A program made the translations under genes and the position numbers. This document shows, piece after piece, positions 10,165-18,922 of a stretch of DNA of 64,000 nt. This DNA comes from Coriobacteriia bacterium (GTDB taxonomy: Bacteria > Actinomycetota > Coriobacteriia > Coriobacteriales > UMGS124), in assembly GCA_018368455.1 (NCBI GenBank), contig JAGZEG010000005.1, forward strand, positions 22,322 to 86,321. Direction: 5' to 3'. How positions within the stretch are numbered: position 1 is the stretch's first letter; each line of letters starts with the position of its first letter. The notes under the pieces were generated by a model. That model made no database searches, was not told the DNA's origin, and saw only the letters and a list, made by a program, of their open reading frames with translations.

Positions 10165-11730
10165 ATGGAACTCTCCGCGCTTCTCATCGCTCTCCTTGCT
10201 TGCCCTCTGGTCTTCACCCTGGTGATGGCCGCGCTTCCCAAGGAGACGAGCCGTTCTCTGTTCGCAGCCGTGCACATGGTCTCGATGACCGCCGTGCTCG
10301 TGCTGTCGATCATGACCGCCGGCCCGGTTCTGCTGAACAACACGGCGATCGACGCCATGGGCCTGTGGTTCCACCTCGACTCGCTCGGCGCCATCTTCGT
10401 GCTGCTCATCGGCGTCATCGGCTTCCTCACGGGCCTGTTCTCGCTGCCCTATGTGAAGCACGACGTCCTGAACCACGTCATGGACGCTGATCGCGTCAAG
10501 CAGTACTACGCGCTGTTCAGCTGCTTTGTGTTCACGATGTTGCTCGCCACGACGACGAACAACATCATCCTGATGTGGGCTGCCGTCGAGGCCACGACGC
10601 TGTCCACGGTGTTCCTCGTGGGCATCTATCGCAACGATCTGTGCCTCGAGGCTTCGTGGAAGTACGCCATCGTCTGCACGGCTGGCGTCGCGTTCGGCCT
10701 GTTCGGCACGCTGCTCGTGTATGCCAACGCTGCCGACATCATGGCTAACCCCCATGAGGCCGCGTTCCTGACGAGCATCCTGCCCTACGCTGGCCAGCTT
10801 GACCCCCAGCTCATGAAGATCGCCTTTGTGTTCGTCGTCATCGGCTTCGGCACGAAGGCCGGCCTGTTCCCGATGCACACGTGGCTGCCCGACGCGCACT
10901 CCCAGGCGCCGAGCCCCGTGTCGGCCCTGCTGTCCGGCGTGCTGCTCAAGTGCGCCATCCTGGTGATCATCCGCTTCTACATGCTTGACATCCAGACGGT
11001 GGGCGCCTTCTTCCCGCAGCTCATCCTCATGATCGTCGGCGCGCTGTCCATCGTGTTCGCCGCGCTGTCGCTCGTGAGCCAGCATGACCTCAAGCGCAAG
11101 TTCGCGTACCACTCGGTCGAGAACGTCGGCATCATCGCCATCTGCCTCGGCTTCGGTGGCCCGCTGGGCATCGCTGCGGCCATCCTGCACTGCGTGTTCC
11201 ACGGCTTCACGAAGGCCCTGCTGTTCTGCCTGTCCGGTAACATCCTCATGAAGTACGGCACGCGTGATCTGCGCAAGATCACGGGCGTCATCGAGGCCAT
11301 GCCGATCACGGCCACGCTCATGGTCGTCGGCCTGTTCGCCCTGGCTGGCTTCCCGCCGCTGGCGATGTTCATCTCCGAGTTCCTGATGTTCGTCTCCGGC
11401 GTTGCGGCTGGCTACCTGTGGCTCGTCATCGTCGTCGCCGTCGCGCTGACCGTCGTGATCTCCGTCATCATGACGATCATCTCGGGCTCCATCCTGCACA
11501 AGGCTCCGGAGGGTATGAAGAAGGGCGACGTCTCGGCGCTGGCCCTCATCCCCGAGATCATCCTGCTCGTTGGCATCATCTGGTTCGGCGTTGCCACGCC
11601 TAAGCCGCTGGTGCAGGGCGTCGAGAACAGCTGCGCCATCGTGCTGCAGCAGGATACGGATGAGCTGCACCAGGCTCCTCTGTTCCGCCAGCTGTTCGGC
11701 ACCGAGACCACGACGTCCGAGATTGGCTAG
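10165..11730 (+). CDS. hyfF: hydrogenase-4 component F (NuoN-like antiporter subunit)
   Basis: 521-aa polytopic antiporter-like protein, position and size as HyfF. Confidence 0.8.
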   Translation: MELSALLIALLACPLVFTLVMAALPKETSRSLFAAVHMVSMTAVLVLSIMTAGPVLLNNTAIDAMGLWFHLDSLGAIFVLLIGVIGFLTGLFSLPYVKHDVLNHVMDADRVKQYYALFSCFVFTMLLATTTNNIILMWAAVEATTLSTVFLVGIYRNDLCLEASWKYAIVCTAGVAFGLFGTLLVYANAADIMANPHEAAFLTSILPYAGQLDPQLMKIAFVFVVIGFGTKAGLFPMHTWLPDAHSQAPSPVSALLSGVLLKCAILVIIRFYMLDIQTVGAFFPQLILMIVGALSIVFAALSLVSQHDLKRKFAYHSVENVGIIAICLGFGGPLGIAAAILHCVFHGFTKALLFCLSGNILMKYGTRDLRKITGVIEAMPITATLMVVGLFALAGFPPLAMFISEFLMFVSGVAAGYLWLVIVVAVALTVVISVIMTIISGSILHKAPEGMKKGDVSALALIPEIILLVGIIWFGVATPKPLVQGVENSCAIVLQQDTDELHQAPLFRQLFGTETTTSEIG

Positions 11731-11738
11731 GAGCTGAC

Positions 11739-13484
11739 ATGAGCAACGTTTCTAACACCAACATCGGCCTGCGGAGGTGTGAGAGCCACGTCGAGGCTGT
11801 TCGCCAGAACATCCCCGGTGCGCTGCTCAAGGCCGAGTGGCAGGACGACAACCAGGTCACCATCACGGTGAAGACGGACACGCTTCCCGACGTGGTGAGC
11901 TACCTGTACTACCAGCGCGACGGTTGGCTGCCCATGATGGTGGGCAACGACGAGCGCAAGATCTGCGGCATGTACGCTGTGTACTACATCCTGTCCATGG
12001 AGGGGGAGGACCGCGGCTTCGTCACCGTGCGCGCCGAGATCGACCCCGCCACGATGGAGTACCCGTCCGTCACGCCGCTCGTGCCCGCCTGCGTGTGGAG
12101 CGAGCGCGAGGTTCGCGACATGTTCGGCCTCGTGCCGGTGGGCCTGCCCGACAAGCGCCGCCTCGTCCTGCCGGACGACTGGCCTGACGGGCTCTACCCG
12201 CTGCGCAAGGACTCGATGGACTACCGCAAGCGCCCCGAGCCGGTGTCTGACGTGGAGAACTACAAGTTCCTCACGGAGACCCACGGCAAGGAGACGACGG
12301 TCATGCCGATGGGCCCGCTGCACATCACCTCGGACGAGCCGGGTCACTTCCGCCTGTTCGTCGAGGGCGAGCACATCATCGACGCCGACTACCGTCTGTT
12401 CTACGTGCACCGCGGCATGGAGAAGGTCGCTGAGGCGCGCATGAACTACGATGCGGTCACGTTCCTCGCCGACCGCGTCTGCGGCATCTGCGGCTGCGCC
12501 CACTCCGTGGCGTACGCCGAGGCCGTCGAGCACGCCATGAACATCGAGGTGCCCGCGCGTGCCCAGGCGATTCGCGCCATCATGCTCGAGGTTGAGCGTA
12601 TGCACTCGCACCTGCTCAACCTGGGTCTCGTGTGCCACTACGCTGGCTTCGACTCGGGCTTCTACCAGTTCTTCCGCGTGCGTGAGCGCTCGATGGACCT
12701 GGCCGAGAAGCTCGTCGGTCACCGCAAGACGTACGGCCTGAACCTCATCGGCGGCGTGCGTCGCGACATCCTGAAGGAGCAGCGTCAGCAGACGATCGAG
12801 ATCTGCGACGGTCTTCGCAAGGACGTCCTCGAGCTCGTCGACATGCTGCTCTCGACGCCGAACTTCATCGCTCGCGCCGAGGGCGTCGGCAAGCTCGACC
12901 GCACGATCGCCCGCGACTACAGCCCCGTCGGCCCGTGCATGCGCGGTTCGGGCTTTGCTCGCGACGTGCGCTTCGTGCACCCGTTCGACGGCTACAAGCT
13001 GCTGCCGAGTGACAAGTTCCAGACCGCGACGCAGGACACCTGCGACGTCAAGGGTCGTACGCTCGTGCGCGTCCAGGAGTTCCTCGACGCCATCGACATG
13101 ACGGAGTACCTGCTCAACTGCCTGCCCGATGGCCCGATCCTGAACGAGAACTTCACGTACGTGCCTCACAAGTTCGGCATCGGCTACACCGAGGCGCCGC
13201 GCGGCGAGGACATACACTGGGCCATGACGGGCGACAACCAGAAGTGCTATCGTTGGCGCGCCAAGGCGGCAACGTACAGCAACTGGCCCGTCCTGCGCTT
13301 CATGCTTCGCGGCAACACGATCTCCGACGCTGCCCTTATCATCGGCAGCCTCGACCCGTGCTACTCGTGCACGGACCGCGTCACGGTCGTGGATGTCAAC
13401 AAGCACACGGAGAAGGTCATCACGAAGGATCAGCTCGAGCGCTACGCTGTTGACCGTACGCACTCTCCGCTGCTTGAGGACTAG
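11739..13484 (+). CDS. hyfG: [NiFe] hydrogenase large subunit (NuoC-NuoD fusion type)
   Basis: NiFe ligand motifs RVCGICGCAHS and DPCYSCTDR. A 34-aa C-terminal extension after DPCYSCTDR closely resembles the HycE propeptide removed by HycI. Confidence 0.92.
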   Translation: MSNVSNTNIGLRRCESHVEAVRQNIPGALLKAEWQDDNQVTITVKTDTLPDVVSYLYYQRDGWLPMMVGNDERKICGMYAVYYILSMEGEDRGFVTVRAEIDPATMEYPSVTPLVPACVWSEREVRDMFGLVPVGLPDKRRLVLPDDWPDGLYPLRKDSMDYRKRPEPVSDVENYKFLTETHGKETTVMPMGPLHITSDEPGHFRLFVEGEHIIDADYRLFYVHRGMEKVAEARMNYDAVTFLADRVCGICGCAHSVAYAEAVEHAMNIEVPARAQAIRAIMLEVERMHSHLLNLGLVCHYAGFDSGFYQFFRVRERSMDLAEKLVGHRKTYGLNLIGGVRRDILKEQRQQTIEICDGLRKDVLELVDMLLSTPNFIARAEGVGKLDRTIARDYSPVGPCMRGSGFARDVRFVHPFDGYKLLPSDKFQTATQDTCDVKGRTLVRVQEFLDAIDMTEYLLNCLPDGPILNENFTYVPHKFGIGYTEAPRGEDIHWAMTGDNQKCYRWRAKAATYSNWPVLRFMLRGNTISDAALIIGSLDPCYSCTDRVTVVDVNKHTEKVITKDQLERYAVDRTHSPLLED

Positions 13485-13498
13485 AAGGGGAGGAGACC

Positions 13499-14131
13499 AT
13501 GCTAAAGCTCTGGAAGATCGGCGCTAAGGCGGGTAACTCCACCGTGAAGTACCCGTTCGCGCCGATGCCCACCAACAAGGACATGCGCGGCAAGCCGCAG
13601 CACGACGCCGAGCGCTGCATCGCATGCGGCGCGTGCGCGGTGGCCTGCCCGGCCAACGCCATCCGCATGGAGACGGACCTGAAGGCCAAGACGATCACCT
13701 GGTCCATCAACTTCGGTCGCTGCATCTTCTGCGGCCGTTGCGAGGAGCAGTGCCCGCTTGAGGCCATCAAGCTGTCCGAGGAGTTCGAGCTTGCCGTCGG
13801 CAACAAGGCCGACCTCATGGAGCAGGCTGTCTACGAGGTGCAGTGCTGCGCCGAGTGCGGCGAGCCCTATGCTCCGCGTAAGGAGGTCGACCTGTGCCGT
13901 CGCCTGCTGCAGAAGAACGCGGGGCGCGAGTCGCTCGAAGCCGCTGACGTCGTGGACCTGTGCCCGACGTGCAAGCGCCTCGCCGACGCCAAGCGCGCCA
14001 AGGAGATGAGCGAGACGGCCCACGCGCGTCAGCTGATCGACGCGCTGGAGACTGGCACGACGTTCACGACCGCCGCCGACCTCTACGCAGCGACGGACGA
14101 GGCGGCGCCGGCTATCGAGAAGGGAGAGTGA
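13499..14131 (+). CDS. hyfH: hydrogenase 2x[4Fe-4S] subunit (NuoI-like)
   Basis: GGGGAGGAG RBS. CIACGACAVACP and CIFCGRCEEQCP motifs. Confidence 0.85.
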   Translation: MLKLWKIGAKAGNSTVKYPFAPMPTNKDMRGKPQHDAERCIACGACAVACPANAIRMETDLKAKTITWSINFGRCIFCGRCEEQCPLEAIKLSEEFELAVGNKADLMEQAVYEVQCCAECGEPYAPRKEVDLCRRLLQKNAGRESLEAADVVDLCPTCKRLADAKRAKEMSETAHARQLIDALETGTTFTTAADLYAATDEAAPAIEKGE

Positions 14132-14138
14132 GCATAGT

Positions 14139-14924
14139 ATGAGCGAGCCCATCCTCCCTGAGCGACTGCAGGCACGCCCCACGATGGAGGAGGTCGACGC
14201 GAGCGTTGCGGCGGCCAAGAAGACCCTGCTGAACAAGATCAAGCGCTCGGTGTATGCCTATCGTGTTGACTGCGGTGGCTGCAACGGCTGCGAGATCGAG
14301 ATATTCGGCACGATCACGCCCGTCTTTGATGCCGAGCGCTTCGGCATCAAGGTTGTGCCGTCGCCTCGCCAGGCCGACGTGCTCATCTACACGGGTGCTG
14401 TCACGCGCGCCATGCGCATGCCGGCCTACCGTGCCTTTGAAGGCGCCCCCGACCCCAAGATCGTCATCTCGTATGGCGCTTGCGGGTGCACGGGCGGCAT
14501 CTTCTACGATAACTACTGCGTCTGGGGCGGCACGGACAAGCTCCTGCCCGTCGATGTCTACATCCCGGGCTGCCCGCCGTCGCCGGCGCAGACGATCTAC
14601 GGCTTTGCCATGGCCCTGGGCCTGCTTGACCAGAAGCTGCACGCCAAGGTCGACAAGGAGGCCGAGGACGAGCAGGCGCCGATCCTGCACCCCGGCGTCC
14701 CGTACAAGCTGCGCGTCGCCCTGGAGCGCGAGGCCCGCGAGATGGCGGGCTACCGCTACGGTCGCGACCTGGTGAACGAGTACATGGATGTCCTCGAGGG
14801 CGCCAAGACCGACGTCATGGGACACGTGGACGACTTCATCCAGCACTGCGATGACCCGCGTCGCGTCGAGATCTTCAACGCGCTGCGCAAGGTCACGGTC
14901 GACCACACGGTCGGAGTGGCGTAA
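14139..14924 (+). CDS. hyfI: [NiFe] hydrogenase small subunit (NuoB-like)
   Basis: CGGCNGCEIE ... GACGCTGG ... PGCPPSP cluster-N2-type cysteine pattern. Confidence 0.9.
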   Translation: MSEPILPERLQARPTMEEVDASVAAAKKTLLNKIKRSVYAYRVDCGGCNGCEIEIFGTITPVFDAERFGIKVVPSPRQADVLIYTGAVTRAMRMPAYRAFEGAPDPKIVISYGACGCTGGIFYDNYCVWGGTDKLLPVDVYIPGCPPSPAQTIYGFAMALGLLDQKLHAKVDKEAEDEQAPILHPGVPYKLRVALEREAREMAGYRYGRDLVNEYMDVLEGAKTDVMGHVDDFIQHCDDPRRVEIFNALRKVTVDHTVGVA

Positions 14925-15632
14925 ATGAGCGCGCAGGCTGATACGCGCGCGGCCGAGTCTGCCTGCGGGCAGGGCTCGGACGCGACGACGCCGGCCTGCG
15001 CGCCGCTCGTTGCGGGGGTCTCGGCAGGTGCCGGGGCCCCCGCGGCCGATGCGGGCGCGCGCAGGCCGGGTCCGTGCGCGGCGTCTCTCGAGGCGCTGTA
15101 CGCGGCCGACCCCGACGCCGCTGCGGTTCGCCGGACGGAGGATCGCACGTCTGCGGCCTGGTCGGGCGCTCCCGGCGAGGTGGTGTTCTACCGGCTCACG
15201 AAGAAGTTCGTCGAGAGCCAGGAGTCCATCCCCGAGGAGTCGAAGCAGGTCATGTACTATACGCTGGCGATCGGGCACCACACCGGCGTCATCGACTGCT
15301 TCGAACCGGCGCTGGGGTGCTCGCGCGAGCTGTTCGACAGGATCGTTTCGCTGTTCCCCGAGGGGAGCGACGCCCGCTACAAGCTCGAGGGCATCGCGCG
15401 CTACGGCGAGATCCAGATCGACAAGTCCCACGTTGCCACGCTGTTGCCGGCCGTCGACCAGGTCCTGCAGGACCTGGGGTATCGCGGCTCGGCCAAGGCG
15501 GGCATCGACGTGCAGCTTTCCGACTTCGGCGTGCGCACGCAGGAGGTTGCGTGGCTCATGCAGTTCGAGGACCTGCTCGGGGACGTGCGTGACGAGGTCG
15601 CGCTGTATCTGACAGGGAGAGGCAAGGAGTAA
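14925..15632 (+). CDS. hyfJ: HycH/HyfJ-family formate hydrogenlyase maturation protein with an Ala/Gly/Pro-rich N-terminal extension
   Basis: The C-terminal ~150 aa match HycH (VVFYRLTKKFV...QVMYYTLAIGHHTGVIDCFE). TAA-ATG junction with hyfI. The first ~85 aa are low complexity, so the true start is uncertain. Confidence 0.75.
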   Translation: MSAQADTRAAESACGQGSDATTPACAPLVAGVSAGAGAPAADAGARRPGPCAASLEALYAADPDAAAVRRTEDRTSAAWSGAPGEVVFYRLTKKFVESQESIPEESKQVMYYTLAIGHHTGVIDCFEPALGCSRELFDRIVSLFPEGSDARYKLEGIARYGEIQIDKSHVATLLPAVDQVLQDLGYRGSAKAGIDVQLSDFGVRTQEVAWLMQFEDLLGDVRDEVALYLTGRGKE

Positions 15633-16147
15633 TGGGCATGGATGCCGACGAGCTCGAGGGCGCCGCTCAGGCGCAGGCCGCACCCAACATCGTGTTCTGC
15701 GTGGGCAGCGTGCTGCGCGGCGACGACGCCGCCGGCCCGATGCTCGCCAAGATGCTCGAGGACGACCCCATCGAGGGGTGGGACGTCATCGACGGGGGCC
15801 AGACGCCCGAGGACGACATCATCGTCATCAAGCGCCGCCACCCGAAGCGCGTCATCGTCGTGGACGCCGCCGCCATGGGGCTGCCCGTCGGCGAGGTGCG
15901 CCTCATCGATGACCAGGACATCTCGACGAGCTATCTGATGTCGTCTCACTCGCTGCCCATCACGCTGCTGCTCGGCGAGGTGCGCTCCGCGTGTGACGAC
16001 GTGGCGTTCGTTGGCATCCAACCGGGCAACACGGGCTTCTACGAGCCGCTGTCGCCCGAGGTGCTCGAAGCGGTGCAGGCGCTCTACGCCCGCATCAAGG
16101 GGGGCGCGGACCTCTCGGACATCCCGCACACGAGCCAGGCGCAATAA
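15632..16147 (+). CDS. hycI: hydrogenase maturation endopeptidase
   Basis: TAATG overlap with hyfJ. IVFCVGSVLRGDDAAGPMLA ... VIDGGQTPEDDI ... VDAAAMG is colinear with E. coli HycI. Confidence 0.88.
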   Translation: MGMDADELEGAAQAQAAPNIVFCVGSVLRGDDAAGPMLAKMLEDDPIEGWDVIDGGQTPEDDIIVIKRRHPKRVIVVDAAAMGLPVGEVRLIDDQDISTSYLMSSHSLPITLLLGEVRSACDDVAFVGIQPGNTGFYEPLSPEVLEAVQALYARIKGGADLSDIPHTSQAQ

Positions 16148-16243
16148 CGCGGCGTCTGGTTGGCGCGCGGGGTGGTACAGTGTTCGCGCTGAGTTTCCTG
16201 GGCCCCTTCCAGGGGCCACATCTTACGTTTGGAGGCATTCGCT

Positions 16244-17101
16244 ATGAGCGAAATGCAACTGCCGCAGGGGCAGGTCGCCGCGCTGACGCCGGCAGCCCCC
16301 GGCCCGGCCGACATCGAGCAGAAGGCTGAGGCGGCCGCCGTCTCGAAGGCCAACCTCAAGATCGGCAAGATGTTCGTGCTGGCCATGTTCGCCGGTGCTT
16401 TCATCGCGTTCGGCGCCGCGTTCTTCGTCATGTTCCTGGGCGACACGACGCTGACGTTCGCCGCGCAGCGCTGCCTGGGTGGCCTGTGCTTCTGCCTCGG
16501 CCTCGTGCTCGTGCTGTGCTGCGGCGCTGAGCTGTTCACGGGCAACTGCCTCATGATCACGGGCGTTATGAGCAAGAAGATCAGCTGGGGCGGCATGTTC
16601 AAGAACTGGATTGTCGTGTGGATCGGCAACCTGGTGGGCGCTCTGCTCATCGTGTTCCTGCTCTACATGTCCAACCTGCAGGGCATGAACGGCGGCGCTG
16701 TGGGCGACCAGTTCGTGAGCGTCGCTGCGGGCAAGGTCACGCTCGCCCCGGCCACGCTGTTCTTCAAGGGCATTATGTGCAACATCTTCGTGTGCCTGGC
16801 CGTGTGGATCGGCTTTGCTGCGAAGAACGTCGCCGACAAGGTCATCGGCATCCTGCTCCCCATCAGCGCCTTCGTCGCCATGGGCTTCGAGCACTGCGTT
16901 GCCAACATGTTCTTCCTGAATATGGGCCTCGCGTGCAAGGCCGGTGGCTTCGGCGCGTCCGTGGCTGCGGCTGCCTCGCTGAACGTCGGCAGCGTGTGCT
17001 ACAACCTGGCGCTCGCCACGCTCGGCAACATCGTGGGCGGCGTCATCTTCGTCGGCCTGGCCTACTGGTACGTCTACCACAAGCCTGTCGCCGCGAAGTA
17101 A
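16244..17101 (+). CDS. focA: formate/nitrite transporter family channel (formate channel)
   Basis: GGAGG 8 nt before the ATG at 16244. FNT signature FVAMGFEHCVANMFF, six TM segments, operon end position like focB in hyf. Confidence 0.88.
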   Translation: MSEMQLPQGQVAALTPAAPGPADIEQKAEAAAVSKANLKIGKMFVLAMFAGAFIAFGAAFFVMFLGDTTLTFAAQRCLGGLCFCLGLVLVLCCGAELFTGNCLMITGVMSKKISWGGMFKNWIVVWIGNLVGALLIVFLLYMSNLQGMNGGAVGDQFVSVAAGKVTLAPATLFFKGIMCNIFVCLAVWIGFAAKNVADKVIGILLPISAFVAMGFEHCVANMFFLNMGLACKAGGFGASVAAAASLNVGSVCYNLALATLGNIVGGVIFVGLAYWYVYHKPVAAK

Positions 17102-17127
17102 CGCAAGCGAGATACGCAAGCTCGTTC

Positions 17128-17162
17128 AGGGGTCGGTCGCCACGCGCGGCCGGCCCCTTTTT
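17128..17162 (+). terminator. rho-independent terminator between convergent focA and the ATPase gene
   Basis: AGGGGTCGG / CCGGCCCCT stem (one G:U) followed by TTTTT. Confidence 0.7.
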
Positions 17163-17196
17163 GTAGTTCGTGGGCAGAGGGGCTCTCGACGGCCCT

Positions 17197-18525
17197 TTAA
17201 CGGAAGAGGAACGGGGTCAGGTAGAGAGGCACCGTGACTTTCTTGCCGTCTCTGCCTACGTTCCCGTCAATGAGCTTGTAGCCGAGTGCAATGTCCTCGC
17301 GCTCTAGCAACGCGTTGAGCGAGGCGGTAGCGCCGCGTCGGGCCTTGACTTCCACAGGGACGGTGCTGCCAGCCCTATCGACAAGAAACTCGATTTCGTG
17401 GCTGCCGTTTTGGGACATCCAGTAGTGCAGCGGGATCCCGTTCTTTGCAAGCATCCCTGCGACGAGATTCTCGTAGAGGCCGCCTTTCATTGGGCCCGCT
17501 AGCGTGTTGTTGACAACGGGGGCAAGCATCTCGAAGCCATACATCGCCATGAGCAGCCCCGTGTCATTGGCATAAAGCCGGAACTTGCTGTCGTCTTCGT
17601 AAGCGACGAGCGGGAAGCTCGGTGTGCTGACAGAGGTGCAGCGCAGCACCATGTTGGCACCGGCGATCCAGTCGACAGAACTGTCGAACTTGCGCGAGGT
17701 GCCGCCCTTTTCGACGAGGGCGTAGCGAAACTTCGTGTTCTCCTTGGCGAGCTGGCGCGGCAATGACGTGAAGCAGGCTCGCGCCTTGACGCGCTCGGTT
17801 TCTGAGGCGTAGCGCGCGATGTCATCGAGGTACGAGGCCAACAACTTCGACTGTGTTGCGAAAACATCGCCGTAGTTCTTGGTGTCAACAAAGGTTTGGA
17901 CAACCTCGGGCATGCCTCCGATGGCAAGATACTCCCTCAGCGTTCTCATCATGGACTCGTGGACAGCGCGAGGAACGGGTTCCAGGTTGTCAAGGTAGCG
18001 GCGCAGCAGCGCGGTGGCAGCTCCATCGAGTCCTTGCGCCCAGAGGTACTCCTCGAAGTCGAGGGGGTGCATCTCGATGACACGCTTGTAGCCTACGGGA
18101 ATAGAGGCAACCTCGTCTGCCTGACGAAACTGGATGCCAAGAAGCGAGCCTGAGGCGACAACGTCAAAGCGATCGTCCTGAGCAAGATACTTGAGAGCGG
18201 TGCGCGCCCGGGGGCACTCCTGGATCTCGTCCAGGAAGATGAGGGTGTCATGTTCGATGAAGTGGATGCCGGAGATGAGCAGCGTCATCTGCTGATAGAT
18301 GGCGTCGGCTTCCAACGACCCGGCAAAGATGTCCTTGTACTCGGGGTGCGCAACGAAGTCGAGCACGATATAGCTGGCATAGTTCTCGCGACCAAACGCG
18401 TCGATGATATACGACTTGCCCACCTGGCGAGCCCCTTTGACGAGCAGGCATTCGCGCTCCTTTGTGGCGCGCCATTGGGTGAGAAAGGCGGTCATTTTGC
18501 GCTTAAGCATCGCGGCCTCATCCAT
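17197..18525 (-). CDS. AAA-type ATPase with DUF4143-like C-terminal domain
   Basis: Walker A GARQVGKS and Walker B IFLDEIQ. 442 aa, architecture typical of AAA_14+DUF4143 proteins. Visibly lower GC than its neighbours. Confidence 0.8.
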   Translation of the reverse strand: MDEAAMLKRKMTAFLTQWRATKERECLLVKGARQVGKSYIIDAFGRENYASYIVLDFVAHPEYKDIFAGSLEADAIYQQMTLLISGIHFIEHDTLIFLDEIQECPRARTALKYLAQDDRFDVVASGSLLGIQFRQADEVASIPVGYKRVIEMHPLDFEEYLWAQGLDGAATALLRRYLDNLEPVPRAVHESMMRTLREYLAIGGMPEVVQTFVDTKNYGDVFATQSKLLASYLDDIARYASETERVKARACFTSLPRQLAKENTKFRYALVEKGGTSRKFDSSVDWIAGANMVLRCTSVSTPSFPLVAYEDDSKFRLYANDTGLLMAMYGFEMLAPVVNNTLAGPMKGGLYENLVAGMLAKNGIPLHYWMSQNGSHEIEFLVDRAGSTVPVEVKARRGATASLNALLEREDIALGYKLIDGNVGRDGKKVTVPLYLTPFLFR

Positions 18526-18543
18526 GCTGGTAATCGCTGTATA

Positions 18544-18623
18544 TGCAGCTTTTCAAGATCTATACTAGTCATAGATTGCAGCTTTTCAAGACTAAATACT
18601 GCAATTTGTGCAGCTTTTCAAGA
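18544..18623. repeat. three direct copies of the 15-mer TGCAGCTTTTCAAGA spaced 33 and 32 bp
   Basis: Exact copies at 18544-18558, 18577-18591 and 18609-18623, in an AT-rich stretch immediately upstream of the ATPase start codon (18525). Confidence 0.9.
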
Positions 18624-18922
18624 GCCAAGATGATTGGATGAGCGGTGTTTGGCTGATGGCGCTTTCTCGCGCATCTCATTGCCGGCTTGCCCGAGGGGCC
18701 TGAAGTCGCTGGAGAGGCTTTTATCCCTTACCTGTTGTTCACGGGCAAGGGGTGCTGCTTCAAGATCTGTCTCCCGGTGCGGGAGGCGTGACGGTATCCG
18801 TGCGGCGCAAGGGATGGGCCGCCTGAAGAATCGGTGGGGAAGGCAGGTTCGATGCGGTGATCACTCCGGTTCGGCCAAAAGCGGGTAAGGTCGGGGGAAT
18901 CCAAACGCGGAAAGGGATTCCC

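Noticed and set aside
16201-16217. GGCCCCT-TCC-AGGGGCC hairpin between hycI and focA as an internal terminator
   Set aside because: The stem is only 7 bp with a 3-nt loop and a weak T tract. focA is more likely co-transcribed with the operon.
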